Shown here one piece after another: positions 9,207 through 19,601 of a stretch of 38,434 nucleotides of DNA (positions within the stretch are counted from its first letter, which is position 1; every line of letters begins with the position of its first letter). The notes under the pieces were generated by a model, which searched no databases, was not told the origin of the DNA, and was given only the letters and a program-made list of their open reading frames with translations. This DNA comes from Gammaproteobacteria bacterium. GTDB taxonomy: Bacteria; Pseudomonadota; Gammaproteobacteria; Chromatiales; Chromatiaceae. The DNA is taken from assembly GCA_008080925.1 (NCBI GenBank), contig VMDJ01000165.1, forward strand, positions 1 to 38,434. Direction: 5' to 3'. The position numbers and the translations under genes are program-made.

Positions 9207-10658
9207 CTATTTACGCCAAAAGGTTGGCGTCAGCAGTACCAACAAGGTGAAGATCTCAAGTCGGCCAAGCAACATGGCAAAACACAGAATCCATTTGCCC
9301 GGATCATGCATCTGAGCGTAGTTCAAACCCACCTCGCCAAGACCTGGGCCAAGGTTGTTGATACTTGCCGCAACTGCGCTGAAGGCGGTCATCAGATCCA
9401 GTCCGGTTGCCGCAAGTGCGAGATACATCACAGTAAAGCTCGCCACATACAGCGCGAAGAAACCCCACACTGCTTCAATGATGCGCGACTGCACCACCTT
9501 GCCACCAATACGGACTGGGATTTGTGCGCTTGGATGGATTAATCGGGTTATCTCTCGCATACCTTGCTTGATCAGCAGATACAAACGAATCACTTTGATG
9601 CCACCACCGGTTGATCCAGCACAGCCACCGACAAAACTGGCGAACAATAAGGTGATCGCAATAAAGCCCGGCCAGTTATAAAACTCTGCCGTGGTAAAGC
9701 CCGCCGTTGTACCTATCGATACCGCTTGGAATAACCCATGTACCCATGCATCGCTCCAGTTGTCGTAACTTTTTGTAACCCATAGACCAAGAATAGTCAC
9801 GGTAATGACGATCAGTTGAATCACGATATAGAACTTGAACTCATCATCGTGCCAATAACCTTTAGGGTTTTTTGAGCGGAAGGCGACAAAGTGCAGTGAG
9901 AAGTTAACTGCGGCTAGTAACATAAAGACAACCGCAACCAAATAAATTGCCGTGCTATTAAAGAAGCCCATACTGGCATCGTGTGTTGAGAAACCACCAA
10001 TCGCTACCGTTGAGAAGGCATGTCCGATCGCATCAAAGGTATTCATGCCGGCTACCCAATAGGCAAACGCACAAGCGACCGTTAACGACAGATAGATCAT
10101 CCACAAGGCTTTGGCTGTTTCGGTAATCCGAGGCGTGAGCTTTGAGTCCTTCATGGGACCTGGTGTTTCTGCACGATAAAGCTGCATACCACCGATGCCG
10201 AGAATCGGAAGCACCGCGACGGCCAAAACGATAATACCCATGCCGCCTAACCACTGAAGCTGTTGGCGATAAAACAAGATCGACTCGGGTAGCTCATCAA
10301 GATGCGTAATGACTGTTGCGCCGGTTGTGGTGAGACCAGATACCGATTCAAAGATCGCATCAGTAATCGATAGATGTGGATCGGTCGATAAGATAAAAGG
10401 CAAAGCGCCGGTTACGGTTAATACGGTCCAAAACATCACCACGATGATGAATCCATCGCGAACACGTGCTTCGCGACGCACATTGGCAACAGGCAACCAG
10501 ATCAACATGCCCGCAGTAATGATGATGCCGAATGCAATGGCAAAGGCGAGCATCGCACCATCGCTGTAGATCCAAGACACCACGATCGGCGGCAACATAG
10601 TGACGCTAAAGACCGTCAACAAGATACCTAAGATGCGTTGGATGGCTTTAAACGACAT
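9207..10658 (-). CDS. trkH: Trk-system potassium uptake protein TrkH
   Basis: 483-aa polytopic membrane protein with TrkH-like repeated pore-loop segments (TTTGAT, GGFSTHD, TTAGFT). It sits 2 nt downstream of trkA. Confidence 0.93.
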   Translation of the reverse strand: MSFKAIQRILGILLTVFSVTMLPPIVVSWIYSDGAMLAFAIAFGIIITAGMLIWLPVANVRREARVRDGFIIVVMFWTVLTVTGALPFILSTDPHLSITDAIFESVSGLTTTGATVITHLDELPESILFYRQQLQWLGGMGIIVLAVAVLPILGIGGMQLYRAETPGPMKDSKLTPRITETAKALWMIYLSLTVACAFAYWVAGMNTFDAIGHAFSTVAIGGFSTHDASMGFFNSTAIYLVAVVFMLLAAVNFSLHFVAFRSKNPKGYWHDDEFKFYIVIQLIVITVTILGLWVTKSYDNWSDAWVHGLFQAVSIGTTAGFTTAEFYNWPGFIAITLLFASFVGGCAGSTGGGIKVIRLYLLIKQGMREITRLIHPSAQIPVRIGGKVVQSRIIEAVWGFFALYVASFTVMYLALAATGLDLMTAFSAVAASINNLGPGLGEVGLNYAQMHDPGKWILCFAMLLGRLEIFTLLVLLTPTFWRK

Positions 10659-10660
10659 GT

Positions 10661-12034
10661 TTAGAAGAAGGTGACCGCCACTTGGAACAAGCGCTCAACG
10701 TCGACGACTTTGCGTTTATCGATCAAGAACAAGATCACATGGTCTTCCGCTTCAATGACCACATCGTGATGCGCCATCAGCACTTCATTGCCACGCACAA
10801 TCGCACCAATGCTAGTGCCGGTTGGTAGCTTTAATTCATCAATGCGACGACCGACGACTTTGGACGAGCTTTTATCGCCATGCGCAATTGCTTCGATTGC
10901 TTCTGCTGCACCGCGACGCAACGAATGCACCATCACCACATCGCCACGACGCACATGCGTGAGCAATGAACCAATGGTGGCTTGCTGTGGTGATATCGCG
11001 ATATCGATTGCACCTGACTGCACAAGGTCAACGTAAGCGGCGCGGTTAATCAGCGACATGACTTTGCGCGCGCCGAGTCGCTTAGCCAACATGGCTGACA
11101 AGATATTCGCTTCATCATCATTGGTGATTGCGCAGAACACATCGGTATCTTCGATGTTCTCTTCCAGCAGCAAGTTTTCATCTGCCGCATCACCATGTAA
11201 CACGATGGTCTCTGGCAGATGTTCTGCAACACGCTTTGAGCGACGACTATCGTGCTCAATCAATTTAACGCGGTAATCATTCTCTAAGGCGGATGCAAGA
11301 CGACGGCCAATGTTGCCACCCCCAGCAAAGATCAAACGCTTAAATGGCTTTTCAGCACGGCGCAGTTCTTTCATCACGGATGAAATATTTTCAGCGGTTG
11401 CTAAGAAGAACACCTCATCATCGGCCTCGATGACAGTACGACCGGTTGGCATGATGGCGCGGTCTTTACGATAGATTGCCGCGACACGCGCTTCGGCACC
11501 TTTTAAATGATCATTCAGATCGCGCAACTCGTGACCAACCAGTGGGCCACCGTAATAAGCTTTGACTGCAACCAATCGCACGCGACCATCGGCAAAATCA
11601 AGTACCTGTAACGCACCTGGGTGTTCAATCAAGCGCAAGATGTAATCCGTTACTAATTGCTCTGGACTAATCAAAACATCGATAGGAATCGCACCGGGTG
11701 CAAACAGCTCAGGATGCTTGAGATATTCAGGTGCTCGTACACGAGCAATTTTGCGAGGCGTTTTAAATAAGGTTGCAGCACATTGGCAGGCAACCATGTT
11801 GGTTTCATCACTATTGGTGACAGCGATCAACATGTCAGCATCTTCAGCGCCCGCTTGGCGTAAGACATCGGGATGTGAAGCTTGGCCTTGTACTGTGCGG
11901 ATATCGATACGGTCCTGCATGTCACGCAAAAGGCCGGCATTATGGTCAACGACGGTGATGTCGTTTGCTTCACTTGCCAAGTTCTGTGCGACCGTTGTGC
12001 CGACTTGGCCTGCGCCTAAGATGATTATCTTCAT
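10661..12034 (-). CDS. trkA: Trk-system potassium uptake protein TrkA
   Basis: 457 aa with two RCK/Rossmann halves (IILGAGQVG and IFAGGGNIG). Confidence 0.95.
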   Translation of the reverse strand: MKIIILGAGQVGTTVAQNLASEANDITVVDHNAGLLRDMQDRIDIRTVQGQASHPDVLRQAGAEDADMLIAVTNSDETNMVACQCAATLFKTPRKIARVRAPEYLKHPELFAPGAIPIDVLISPEQLVTDYILRLIEHPGALQVLDFADGRVRLVAVKAYYGGPLVGHELRDLNDHLKGAEARVAAIYRKDRAIMPTGRTVIEADDEVFFLATAENISSVMKELRRAEKPFKRLIFAGGGNIGRRLASALENDYRVKLIEHDSRRSKRVAEHLPETIVLHGDAADENLLLEENIEDTDVFCAITNDDEANILSAMLAKRLGARKVMSLINRAAYVDLVQSGAIDIAISPQQATIGSLLTHVRRGDVVMVHSLRRGAAEAIEAIAHGDKSSSKVVGRRIDELKLPTGTSIGAIVRGNEVLMAHHDVVIEAEDHVILFLIDKRKVVDVERLFQVAVTFF

Positions 12035-12102
12035 AGCGTGATCAGACGTTGGATGCTTGTCATACGATTATTCTACGCCTGAACGATCTCAGATGGCAGC
12101 GT

Positions 12103-12576
12103 TTAACTCGATATATGAGCAAACTTTGCATTGAGAAGATTAGCAAGATCAGTCGGCGCTAATGAGATATCTAAACCACGCTTTCCACCACTGACATACA
12201 TCTCAGTGAGGTCTTGGGCTGACTCGGCAATAACCGTCGGCAAACGACTTTTTTGACCAAGCGGACTTATGCCGCCAACAATATAACCAGTGGCTCGCTG
12301 CGCTTGTTGCGGATCTGCCATAGCCACTTTTTTAACGCCAAGCGCCTTACTGATTGCTTTGAGATTAAGCTGTTTGTCGACTGGCACAATGCCAACCGCG
12401 AGCTTTTTGGCATTGCCTTCTAGGGCTACTAATAAGGTCTTAAAGACCTGCGCATAAGGCACGCCAATTTTCTCGGCAGCTTCTAGGCCATAGGCTTCGC
12501 TATTGGGGTCATGATCATAGGGGTGAACGGCATGCTTTATGCCCTGCTGCTCAAGCAGCTTGATCGCCGGAGTCAT
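12103..12576 (-). CDS. ybaK: Cys-tRNA(Pro)/Cys-tRNA(Cys) deacylase YbaK
   Basis: 157 aa. The N-terminus [13 protein letters not shown]...VFKTLLVAL closely parallels E. coli YbaK. The start overlaps the upstream stop as TAATG. Confidence 0.88.
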   Translation of the reverse strand: MTPAIKLLEQQGIKHAVHPYDHDPNSEAYGLEAAEKIGVPYAQVFKTLLVALEGNAKKLAVGIVPVDKQLNLKAISKALGVKKVAMADPQQAQRATGYIVGGISPLGQKSRLPTVIAESAQDLTEMYVSGGKRGLDISLAPTDLANLLNAKFAHISS

Positions 12577-13940
12577 TAACGCGATTTAATCTCGATGCCG
12601 CGATCACGCAATTTTTTATACAGGTTAGCTCGGTCGATGCCTACCGCTTGCGCCATGCGACTGACGTTACCTTCTGCCAATGAGAAGTGATGCTCTAAAT
12701 ACAGCTTTTCAAATTCTTCACGCGCTTCCTTCATTGGCTGATCCATACTGATACCGACTGGCATCGCATCCGTACTTTCAGCTCGCACTTGACCTAGAGC
12801 GGTTTGCACTTCTTTAAGACTAACCTCTTCGTCTGAGCCCAAGATCAATACACGCTGCACCATGTTACGCAGCTCTCGGATGTTGCCCGGCCAGTCGTAA
12901 TCACGTAGGAAGTTCTGTGCGGCAAATGAAAATTCTCGAAATGGCAAACGATCGACTAAAGTGAAGCGATCAACCGCCTCTTGCAACAACATCGGAACGT
13001 CTTCTTTACGCTCAGCCAGCGAAGGAATCTTAATCGGTACCACGTTAAGCTGGTAGAACAAGTCTTCACGAAACTTATTTTCCGTTACTAATTTCAATAA
13101 CTCTTTTGCCGTTGCAGCAACAACACGTGCATTGAGCTTTACTGGCGCTGCACCACCGACACGCAAGAACTCGCCGGTTTCAAGTGCGGCTTCTAACTGT
13201 GCTTGGGCTGAAATTTCTAGCTCTGCGATCTCGTCTAAAAATAACGTACCGCCAGCAGCTTGCTCAAGCTTGCCGTATTCGACCTTGCCATCTTGTTCAC
13301 GACCAAATAGCTCAAAGGCTGATCCACCTTTGGTCACACCTGAAGCATTCAACACAATGAATGGTTGGCTTGCACGAGCACTGTGATGATGCAAATAACG
13401 CGCAAAGGTCTCACGACCCGAGCCCGGCTGACCGGTCATCAACACCCAACTATCATGCTGCGCAATTCGACGAACCTGCTCACGCAGTCGTGTGATGACG
13501 GCACTGGCACCTACCGGCTCAACAAAGTCACCCACCTTAATACGCAGGCCTTCATTTTCCATCGACATACGATGTGCATCTAAAGCGCGTTTTGCCGTAG
13601 TCGTCAGACGATTGAGTGAGATAGGCTTTTCTAAAAAGTCATAGGCGCCAAGACGCGTTGCTTCAACGGCTGTCTCAACGGTGCCGTGGCCAGACATCAT
13701 GATCACAGGGCAAGGCAGGCCTTTATCTTCACTGAGTTCTTTTAATAAGGTAATGCCATCAAGCTCGGGCATCCAGATATCTAAAAAGATGAGATCCGGT
13801 TTGCTATCGCGTAAGGCTTGACGAGCTTGCTCACCATTCTCAGCAGTTGAGACACGATAACCCTCGTCTTCGAGAATCTCGCCAACGAGTTCACGAATAT
13901 CGGGTTCATCATCAACAACAAGGACATTAGGCGCGCTCAT
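12576..13940 (-). CDS. NtrX-like response regulator (REC + degenerate AAA+ + Fis-type HTH)
   Basis: REC domain with FLDIWMP. AAA+ domain with [17 protein letters not shown] and [10 protein letters not shown], but no GAFTGA. C-terminal [24 protein letters not shown]. Confidence 0.88.
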   Translation of the reverse strand: MSAPNVLVVDDEPDIRELVGEILEDEGYRVSTAENGEQARQALRDSKPDLIFLDIWMPELDGITLLKELSEDKGLPCPVIMMSGHGTVETAVEATRLGAYDFLEKPISLNRLTTTAKRALDAHRMSMENEGLRIKVGDFVEPVGASAVITRLREQVRRIAQHDSWVLMTGQPGSGRETFARYLHHHSARASQPFIVLNASGVTKGGSAFELFGREQDGKVEYGKLEQAAGGTLFLDEIAELEISAQAQLEAALETGEFLRVGGAAPVKLNARVVAATAKELLKLVTENKFREDLFYQLNVVPIKIPSLAERKEDVPMLLQEAVDRFTLVDRLPFREFSFAAQNFLRDYDWPGNIRELRNMVQRVLILGSDEEVSLKEVQTALGQVRAESTDAMPVGISMDQPMKEAREEFEKLYLEHHFSLAEGNVSRMAQAVGIDRANLYKKLRDRGIEIKSR

Positions 13941-16120
13941 GAATTACTGACCTCTAACACTTCTTGGGTTCGCTCACGCACCGGCAAGCTTATCTGAATA
14001 CTAGCACCACCTTCTTGACGATTTGATGCGCGGCAGGTGCCACCATGCTCACCAATAATACGTTTCACAATCGCCAGACCTAGACCCGTACCTTTCGGTT
14101 TGTTCGTCACGTAAGGCTCAAACACTTGGCCTAAGGAGTCGGCATCAAAACCGCCACCATCATCTTCGATACGTAACCTAAAGCGCATCGCACCACTGGA
14201 TTTCGATTGGCCAATCTCAGTGATGACTCGCACTTTACCGTCTTTATCACCAAGCGCTTCGAGGCCATTTTTAACCAAGTTATGAATAACCTGCCGTAAG
14301 CGTACCGGATCGCCTTCGATCTTCACGCCTTTTGCGCCCGGCGTGTACACAACTGGCGATTGCGCTGTTTCGTAAAGCGCTAAAACATCACCGATAAAGT
14401 TATCAATGGTGATTAAGCGGCTATCCATCTTCGATGGCTTCGCGTACTCGGAAAAATCATTCACCATCGACTTCAATGCATCAACCTGATTAACAATGGT
14501 CGTGGTCGAACGATCCAACACGCGTGCTTCCTCTTCGGACATCTTCTTTAGGTAGTGATGTCGCAAACGCTCGGAAGCTAACTGAATTGGCGTGAGTGGA
14601 TTTTTAATCTCATGCGCCAACCGTCGCGCAACCTCTGCCCATGCTGCATCTTTCTGCGCATGTACCAGCTCAGTAACATCGTCGAATACCAGCACATGAC
14701 CTTGTTCTTTAGCTGACGCAGCGGGTAATACAGAGTGACGACATAATAATGTCTGGTGTCCATTTTCTCGATACAAAGTGATCTGCGTATTAGCAGGCAA
14801 TGCTTCGCCTTGTATTGATTGCCACATGCGATCAACAAAGGGGTCAAGCACCGGCTTCTTCTCACCCAGACTCGTTAATGGTCGCTTTTTAAACTCACTC
14901 AGCGGCAAGCCCAAAACCATCTCTGCCGCCAAGTTTGCGGTGGTGATCTTGCCGTGTTTATCAAGCGCAATAACCCCTGTGGTCAAAGCGCCCATCACTG
15001 TTTCGAGGTAGTTATGCTGAAGCTGTAATTCGTTCTTACTCATCTCGGCGGCATAACGTGCACGACCAATTCTTTGCGTCATTTGGTTAAACGAATCAAC
15101 TAAGAAGCTCAACTCATCATCCACTTTAGGCATTGGCACTTGAGTGTCATACATACCCACAGCGACCTTTTGTGTCGCTATCGAGATATCCCTGACTGGG
15201 CGGACCAGTTGGCGCGAGGTATAAAGCGCACCCCATATCGCACCAAAAACCGCTAATACAGCAGCCAGCGCCAAGGTGACGGCAAAGATGTCAAAGATCG
15301 CGTCTCGTGTCGTACTTGTGCTTCTGTATTCTTCAAGCGAACCCTGAACCTGTTTAATCAACGCCTGCAAACGGTCAGGCATGGGATATAAGGCTTGCAA
15401 CATCAGCTCACCACGTTGACGAGGATCTGCGGCAAGCACCTTGATATAGCTTTGCTGATCTGCCCCCATCTCAAACATGGCCTGGCTTGCGCCTTCGCGA
15501 ACGGCGACAAAAGCCTCATCCGAAAATAACTGCGAAACGAATTCTGTGTTTTCACGACTCGTCGCTGCTGGTGCGCCCGATAAGCGATAGGCAATTAATT
15601 CAACCGCATCGGATTTAAGACGCGCTTCATCTAAGGCAAAGCCCAACGCCATCTCTGATGCATCATCGAGTTGCGCCAAGATACGTTCGGTTTCTTTGAC
15701 CAATCCCTTTTTATGCAGATCGAGTGCAGTTTGACCCAGTGCGTTTGCGCCATTCATTGCATCTTCAATTGAGACTTCGAACCAACTATCAACGCCCTTA
15801 GATAAGAACTGCCATGAATAAAAATACACGATAGCAACCGGCGCAAAGGACAATAAGATAAATAGTCGCGCTAAGCGTACATTCAGACGTACACCAGGCT
15901 CACGGCGACGATACTCTCGCCACAGACGGAACAGGTTGACGCCAACCACACCGGTTAGCGTGATCAAACCAATTGCCGTAAAGACCATCAATGGGATAAA
16001 CCAATCGTCTGCCAAGACACTGGTTTGCTGGATCGCCTCGCTCATCAAATAAAGCGAACCAAAGATCAGTGCAACTAACACCAGCATCGCAAGGACATCT
16101 ATGCGACGACGATCACTCAT
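13937..16120 (-). CDS. NtrY-like sensor histidine kinase (4 TM, periplasmic domain, HAMP, PAS, HisKA, HATPase)
   Basis: 727 aa with H-box LAHEIKNPLTPIQ, N-box NLVKNGLEA, and G-boxes DDGGGF and GTGLGLAIV. ATGA overlaps on both sides. Confidence 0.88.
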   Translation of the reverse strand: MSDRRRIDVLAMLVLVALIFGSLYLMSEAIQQTSVLADDWFIPLMVFTAIGLITLTGVVGVNLFRLWREYRRREPGVRLNVRLARLFILLSFAPVAIVYFYSWQFLSKGVDSWFEVSIEDAMNGANALGQTALDLHKKGLVKETERILAQLDDASEMALGFALDEARLKSDAVELIAYRLSGAPAATSRENTEFVSQLFSDEAFVAVREGASQAMFEMGADQQSYIKVLAADPRQRGELMLQALYPMPDRLQALIKQVQGSLEEYRSTSTTRDAIFDIFAVTLALAAVLAVFGAIWGALYTSRQLVRPVRDISIATQKVAVGMYDTQVPMPKVDDELSFLVDSFNQMTQRIGRARYAAEMSKNELQLQHNYLETVMGALTTGVIALDKHGKITTANLAAEMVLGLPLSEFKKRPLTSLGEKKPVLDPFVDRMWQSIQGEALPANTQITLYRENGHQTLLCRHSVLPAASAKEQGHVLVFDDVTELVHAQKDAAWAEVARRLAHEIKNPLTPIQLASERLRHHYLKKMSEEEARVLDRSTTTIVNQVDALKSMVNDFSEYAKPSKMDSRLITIDNFIGDVLALYETAQSPVVYTPGAKGVKIEGDPVRLRQVIHNLVKNGLEALGDKDGKVRVITEIGQSKSSGAMRFRLRIEDDGGGFDADSLGQVFEPYVTNKPKGTGLGLAIVKRIIGEHGGTCRASNRQEGGASIQISLPVRERTQEVLEVSNS

Positions 16121-16662
16121 GGTTTAAAGCCTTGTACTACGGTTTCTGCACTAAGTGACCAATCTGTTGATATGTAGGCTTTTGGACGAAGCGGCAGTGG
16201 TAACGCCTCAATATCTAACTTTGCATCAAGCTCGACATTATAGGCTTCTGACTTGTTTAGCTTTGCCACCTCAATCAATGGCATCGATTGAATTTCACCC
16301 AGCTGAGTTAACGCCGCAGCTAATGTCGCTCGCTTTGTCACGCTACCACTATCGAGACGTTTTAATTCATACGCCTTTTCGAGCAATCGATAGCGTAAGA
16401 CGCTACGCATACGATATTCAGCAATGTCTTTAGTCCAAACCCATGCGCCTTGCTCTCGCACTTGAATATGCTTTTCAAAGGTAATTGGCACGCCGTTTTG
16501 CAACGCCTCGATCACAGCAGGTGACAAGGTGATTTTCATCGAACCATTTAGCATCAAACGCTGATCATCACTGACGGTCAGCGTGACGTTTTCATACGCC
16601 ATATCGGCATGGCTCGCACAAGCCAGGAACATCACCAGAACGAAACTAAGCAGTCGTTGCAT
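16117..16662 (-). CDS. DUF4390-domain periplasmic protein
   Basis: The start is set at MQRLLSFVLVMFLACASHA, a signal peptide. The conserved position between rsmB and the NtrY-like kinase is as in many Beta- and Gammaproteobacteria. It overlaps the rsmB 3' end by 17 nt. Confidence 0.75.
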   Translation of the reverse strand: MQRLLSFVLVMFLACASHADMAYENVTLTVSDDQRLMLNGSMKITLSPAVIEALQNGVPITFEKHIQVREQGAWVWTKDIAEYRMRSVLRYRLLEKAYELKRLDSGSVTKRATLAAALTQLGEIQSMPLIEVAKLNKSEAYNVELDAKLDIEALPLPLRPKAYISTDWSLSAETVVQGFKP

Positions 16663-17965
16663 TGGTCTTTTCCAATAAGGCATAAAAAAATCCATCCATC
16701 GTCATTTCACCGGGCAAGGTCTGACGCCCTATTGCGCGCGTATGCCCCCAAGTTACATCGATAGGTATGACCTTTACACCTGGCTGACGTTCCATAAAAG
16801 CTTGAATCTGCTGCTCATTCTCTTTTGGCATCAAGGAGCAGGTCACATAAAGAAGCTTACCGCCCGGCGCCAAACATTCCCACAAGGAATCTAGAATTTT
16901 AGCTTGGCGAACGGCTAAGTCCTCAATATCCGTCGCTCGTCTTAACATGCGCACATCTGGATGACGACGCATCACCCCCGTTGCAGAACAAGGCGCATCC
17001 AACAAGATGCGATCAAATGGCTGATTTCGCCAAGCTTGTGGTGGGTTTTCGGCATCAAGGACTTGCAAACTCAAGGTCACACCACAGCGCTCAGCATTTT
17101 GTGCCACACGCTCCAAACGCTGCTCATCGATATCACAAGCGGTGAGTGTTATCTCTGGCTGATGCTGTGCCAAATGCATACTTTTACCACCAGGCGCGGC
17201 ACATGCATCTAAAACACGCTGACCCGCGTGCAGATCTAGCAACTCAGCAGAAAGTTGTGCGCCGGCATCTTGTATAGACACCAGTCCCTCATCAAAACCT
17301 GGCAACTGAAAAACACCCATGGGCTTATCAAGCACCAGCGCAGAAGGTACTGCCTCCAAAGGTTCAGCCTGAATATCACATGAAGCTAGTTGATTAAGAT
17401 ACTCGTCACGTGCGACCTTGTGCGTATTGACGCGCAAGGTCATCGGTGCGCGTTCTTGCAGTGCCGACAAGATGGACTCAATTTTTTCCGGCCATGCCTT
17501 CTGTAAAGCTTTCACAAACCACTTGGGCTGCGCATACGCAATCGATAAATCATTACCGAGTAACGCATTTAACTCTGATGCATCGTCCTGCATCTCGCGT
17601 TGAACTTTTCTAAGTAAGCCATTAGCGAGCTTATCTGCCCACGGCTTATCCAGCTCACGCACCAACTCAACAATAGAAGAGATCGCGGCATGCTCTGCGG
17701 TACGGCTATGCAATAGCTGCCAAACACCTAACATCAGAGCGACATGCACATCGCGATCTTTATCCTTAAACGGTTTTTGTAAGCGGGCAGCAACAATGGC
17801 ATGGCATTGTCTAAACCAACGCGCCAAACCATACGAACTATCAGCCACTGAACGGCGATCAAGCTCAGATAAGTCTTTTGCGTTTTGTTCTATGACCGCA
17901 TCTAAAGAGCGACCATCCATTACCCCAAGGATGTTATCGACAACAAGACGACGCGAAGAGACCAT
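16646..17965 (-). CDS. rsmB: 16S rRNA (cytosine967-C5)-methyltransferase RsmB
   Basis: NusB-like N-terminal domain, SAM motif VLDACAAPGGKS, and catalytic Cys motifs DAPCSATG and YVTCS. Confidence 0.93.
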   Translation of the reverse strand: MVSSRRLVVDNILGVMDGRSLDAVIEQNAKDLSELDRRSVADSSYGLARWFRQCHAIVAARLQKPFKDKDRDVHVALMLGVWQLLHSRTAEHAAISSIVELVRELDKPWADKLANGLLRKVQREMQDDASELNALLGNDLSIAYAQPKWFVKALQKAWPEKIESILSALQERAPMTLRVNTHKVARDEYLNQLASCDIQAEPLEAVPSALVLDKPMGVFQLPGFDEGLVSIQDAGAQLSAELLDLHAGQRVLDACAAPGGKSMHLAQHQPEITLTACDIDEQRLERVAQNAERCGVTLSLQVLDAENPPQAWRNQPFDRILLDAPCSATGVMRRHPDVRMLRRATDIEDLAVRQAKILDSLWECLAPGGKLLYVTCSLMPKENEQQIQAFMERQPGVKVIPIDVTWGHTRAIGRQTLPGEMTMDGFFYALLEKTNATTA

Positions 17966-17968
17966 GCA

Positions 17969-18907
17969 TTAATCGCCTAGGATTACGCCTTGAATATCTT
18001 GCGCATTGATAAAATCTTGCGCACTCATCGCACGCTTACCGGGCATTTGTAATTGCGTAATACGTAGCAAACCATCACCTGTTGCGACATCAATGCCATC
18101 CCGAGAGGCGGACATCACCATGCCCGGCTGAGCTGCTTCACCTTTGATGGCATAAGCAGACCAGATGCGTATAAAGGCATCTTCATAACGCGTTTGTGCC
18201 ACCGGCCAAGGATTAAAAGCTCGCACTAGTCGCTCAATGTCTTGTGCCGATTGCTGCCAATCGATGGTTGCTTCTTTTTTATCTAACTTCTTTGCGTAAT
18301 TTGCCAACTCATCATTTTGAGCGACAGGTATACAACTCGGATCTTCAAGCATCGGGAGCGCTTTAATTAATGCACTGGCACCTAACTCAGCCAGCTTGTC
18401 ATGCAGAGTGCCACCGGTTTCGTCTTCTTCTAGCGTCACTCGCTCCATTAAAAAAACAGGGCCCGTATCTAAGCCTTTTTCCATCTGCATGATGGCAACA
18501 CCTGACTCTTTATCACCAGCAAGTACAGCGCGTTGAATCGGAGCCGCACCACGCCAACGCGGCAGCAATGAGGCATGAATATTGATACATCCTAAGCGAG
18601 GCGCATCGAGCACACTCTCGGGCAACAACAAGCCATAGGCCACTACCACCATCAAATCCGCTTGATATTTTTTCAGCTGCTCAACGTCAGCGGCATCTTT
18701 AAAGTTAATCGGCTGCTCTACGGGGATACCCGCATCAAATGCAACCGCTTTAACTGGGCTCGGGGTTAATTTTCGGCCACGCCCTGACGGACGATCAGGC
18801 TGGGTATAGACAGCAACCACCTCATGTTCCGAGTCCATAAGTGCCTTGAGTGGCAACACAGAAAAGTCCGGCGTACCGGCGAAAATAATACGTAAGGCGT
18901 TGCTCAT
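17969..18907 (-). CDS. fmt: Methionyl-tRNA formyltransferase
   Basis: IIFAGTPDFS N-terminus and NIHASLLPRWRGAAPIQRA. Confidence 0.96.
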   Translation of the reverse strand: MSNALRIIFAGTPDFSVLPLKALMDSEHEVVAVYTQPDRPSGRGRKLTPSPVKAVAFDAGIPVEQPINFKDAADVEQLKKYQADLMVVVAYGLLLPESVLDAPRLGCINIHASLLPRWRGAAPIQRAVLAGDKESGVAIMQMEKGLDTGPVFLMERVTLEEDETGGTLHDKLAELGASALIKALPMLEDPSCIPVAQNDELANYAKKLDKKEATIDWQQSAQDIERLVRAFNPWPVAQTRYEDAFIRIWSAYAIKGEAAQPGMVMSASRDGIDVATGDGLLRITQLQMPGKRAMSAQDFINAQDIQGVILGD

Positions 18908-18937
18908 GGCTGCTTCCCGTAACGGCGAAACGAACGG

Positions 18938-19441
18938 TTAAGCTCGTTGACGGTTTTCTTTTTCTAGTTTTGTACGGATACGTTGACGCTTAAGCGTTGA
19001 GAGATAGTCGACAAACAATTTGCCATCGAGATGATCGATTTCATGTTGGATACAAACCGCCAGCAAACCTTCCGCTTCCATCTCCACCGACTCGCCATCT
19101 CGATTAAGAAATTTGACAGTTATCTTATCTGCACGTTGCACCATCTCGAAAACGCCAGGGACCGATAAGCAGCCCTCTTTCATTTCCTCGATGCCGTCCT
19201 TGCTGGTGATCTCAGGGTTAATTAGTGCCAAAGGCTCATCTTGATCCTCTGAAATATCCACAGTGATCACGCGCATAGGCACATTCACTTGAATTGCCGC
19301 TAAGCCGATACCAGGTGCGTCGTACATAGTTTCAAACATGTCATCGACGAGCTGCTTAACCGAAGCATCCACCTGCTCAACAGGTTTGGCCACCTCACGA
19401 AGGCGGGGATCAGGAAAGTGCAAAATGTCGAGTAAAGCCAT
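18938..19441 (-). CDS. def: Peptide deformylase
   Basis: [17 protein letters not shown] and HEIDHLDG motifs. The start is set at the ATG (MALLDILHF); the track's first codon at 19450 is TTG. Confidence 0.95.
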   Translation of the reverse strand: MALLDILHFPDPRLREVAKPVEQVDASVKQLVDDMFETMYDAPGIGLAAIQVNVPMRVITVDISEDQDEPLALINPEITSKDGIEEMKEGCLSVPGVFEMVQRADKITVKFLNRDGESVEMEAEGLLAVCIQHEIDHLDGKLFVDYLSTLKRQRIRTKLEKENRQRA

Positions 19442-19601
19442 TGTTTTCAACCAAATTCAGCGTCATTTCGGCACTCATTCGGTGACTGCAGAATCCATTT
19501 AGTTCTACCAAGGTCTGCCGAAAAGGCCTCTCATCTGAAAATGATACCTCAAAGCACCGGTCATGGAGACCTTTGCAACGAGTATAAATGGAAGAATTCC
19601 C

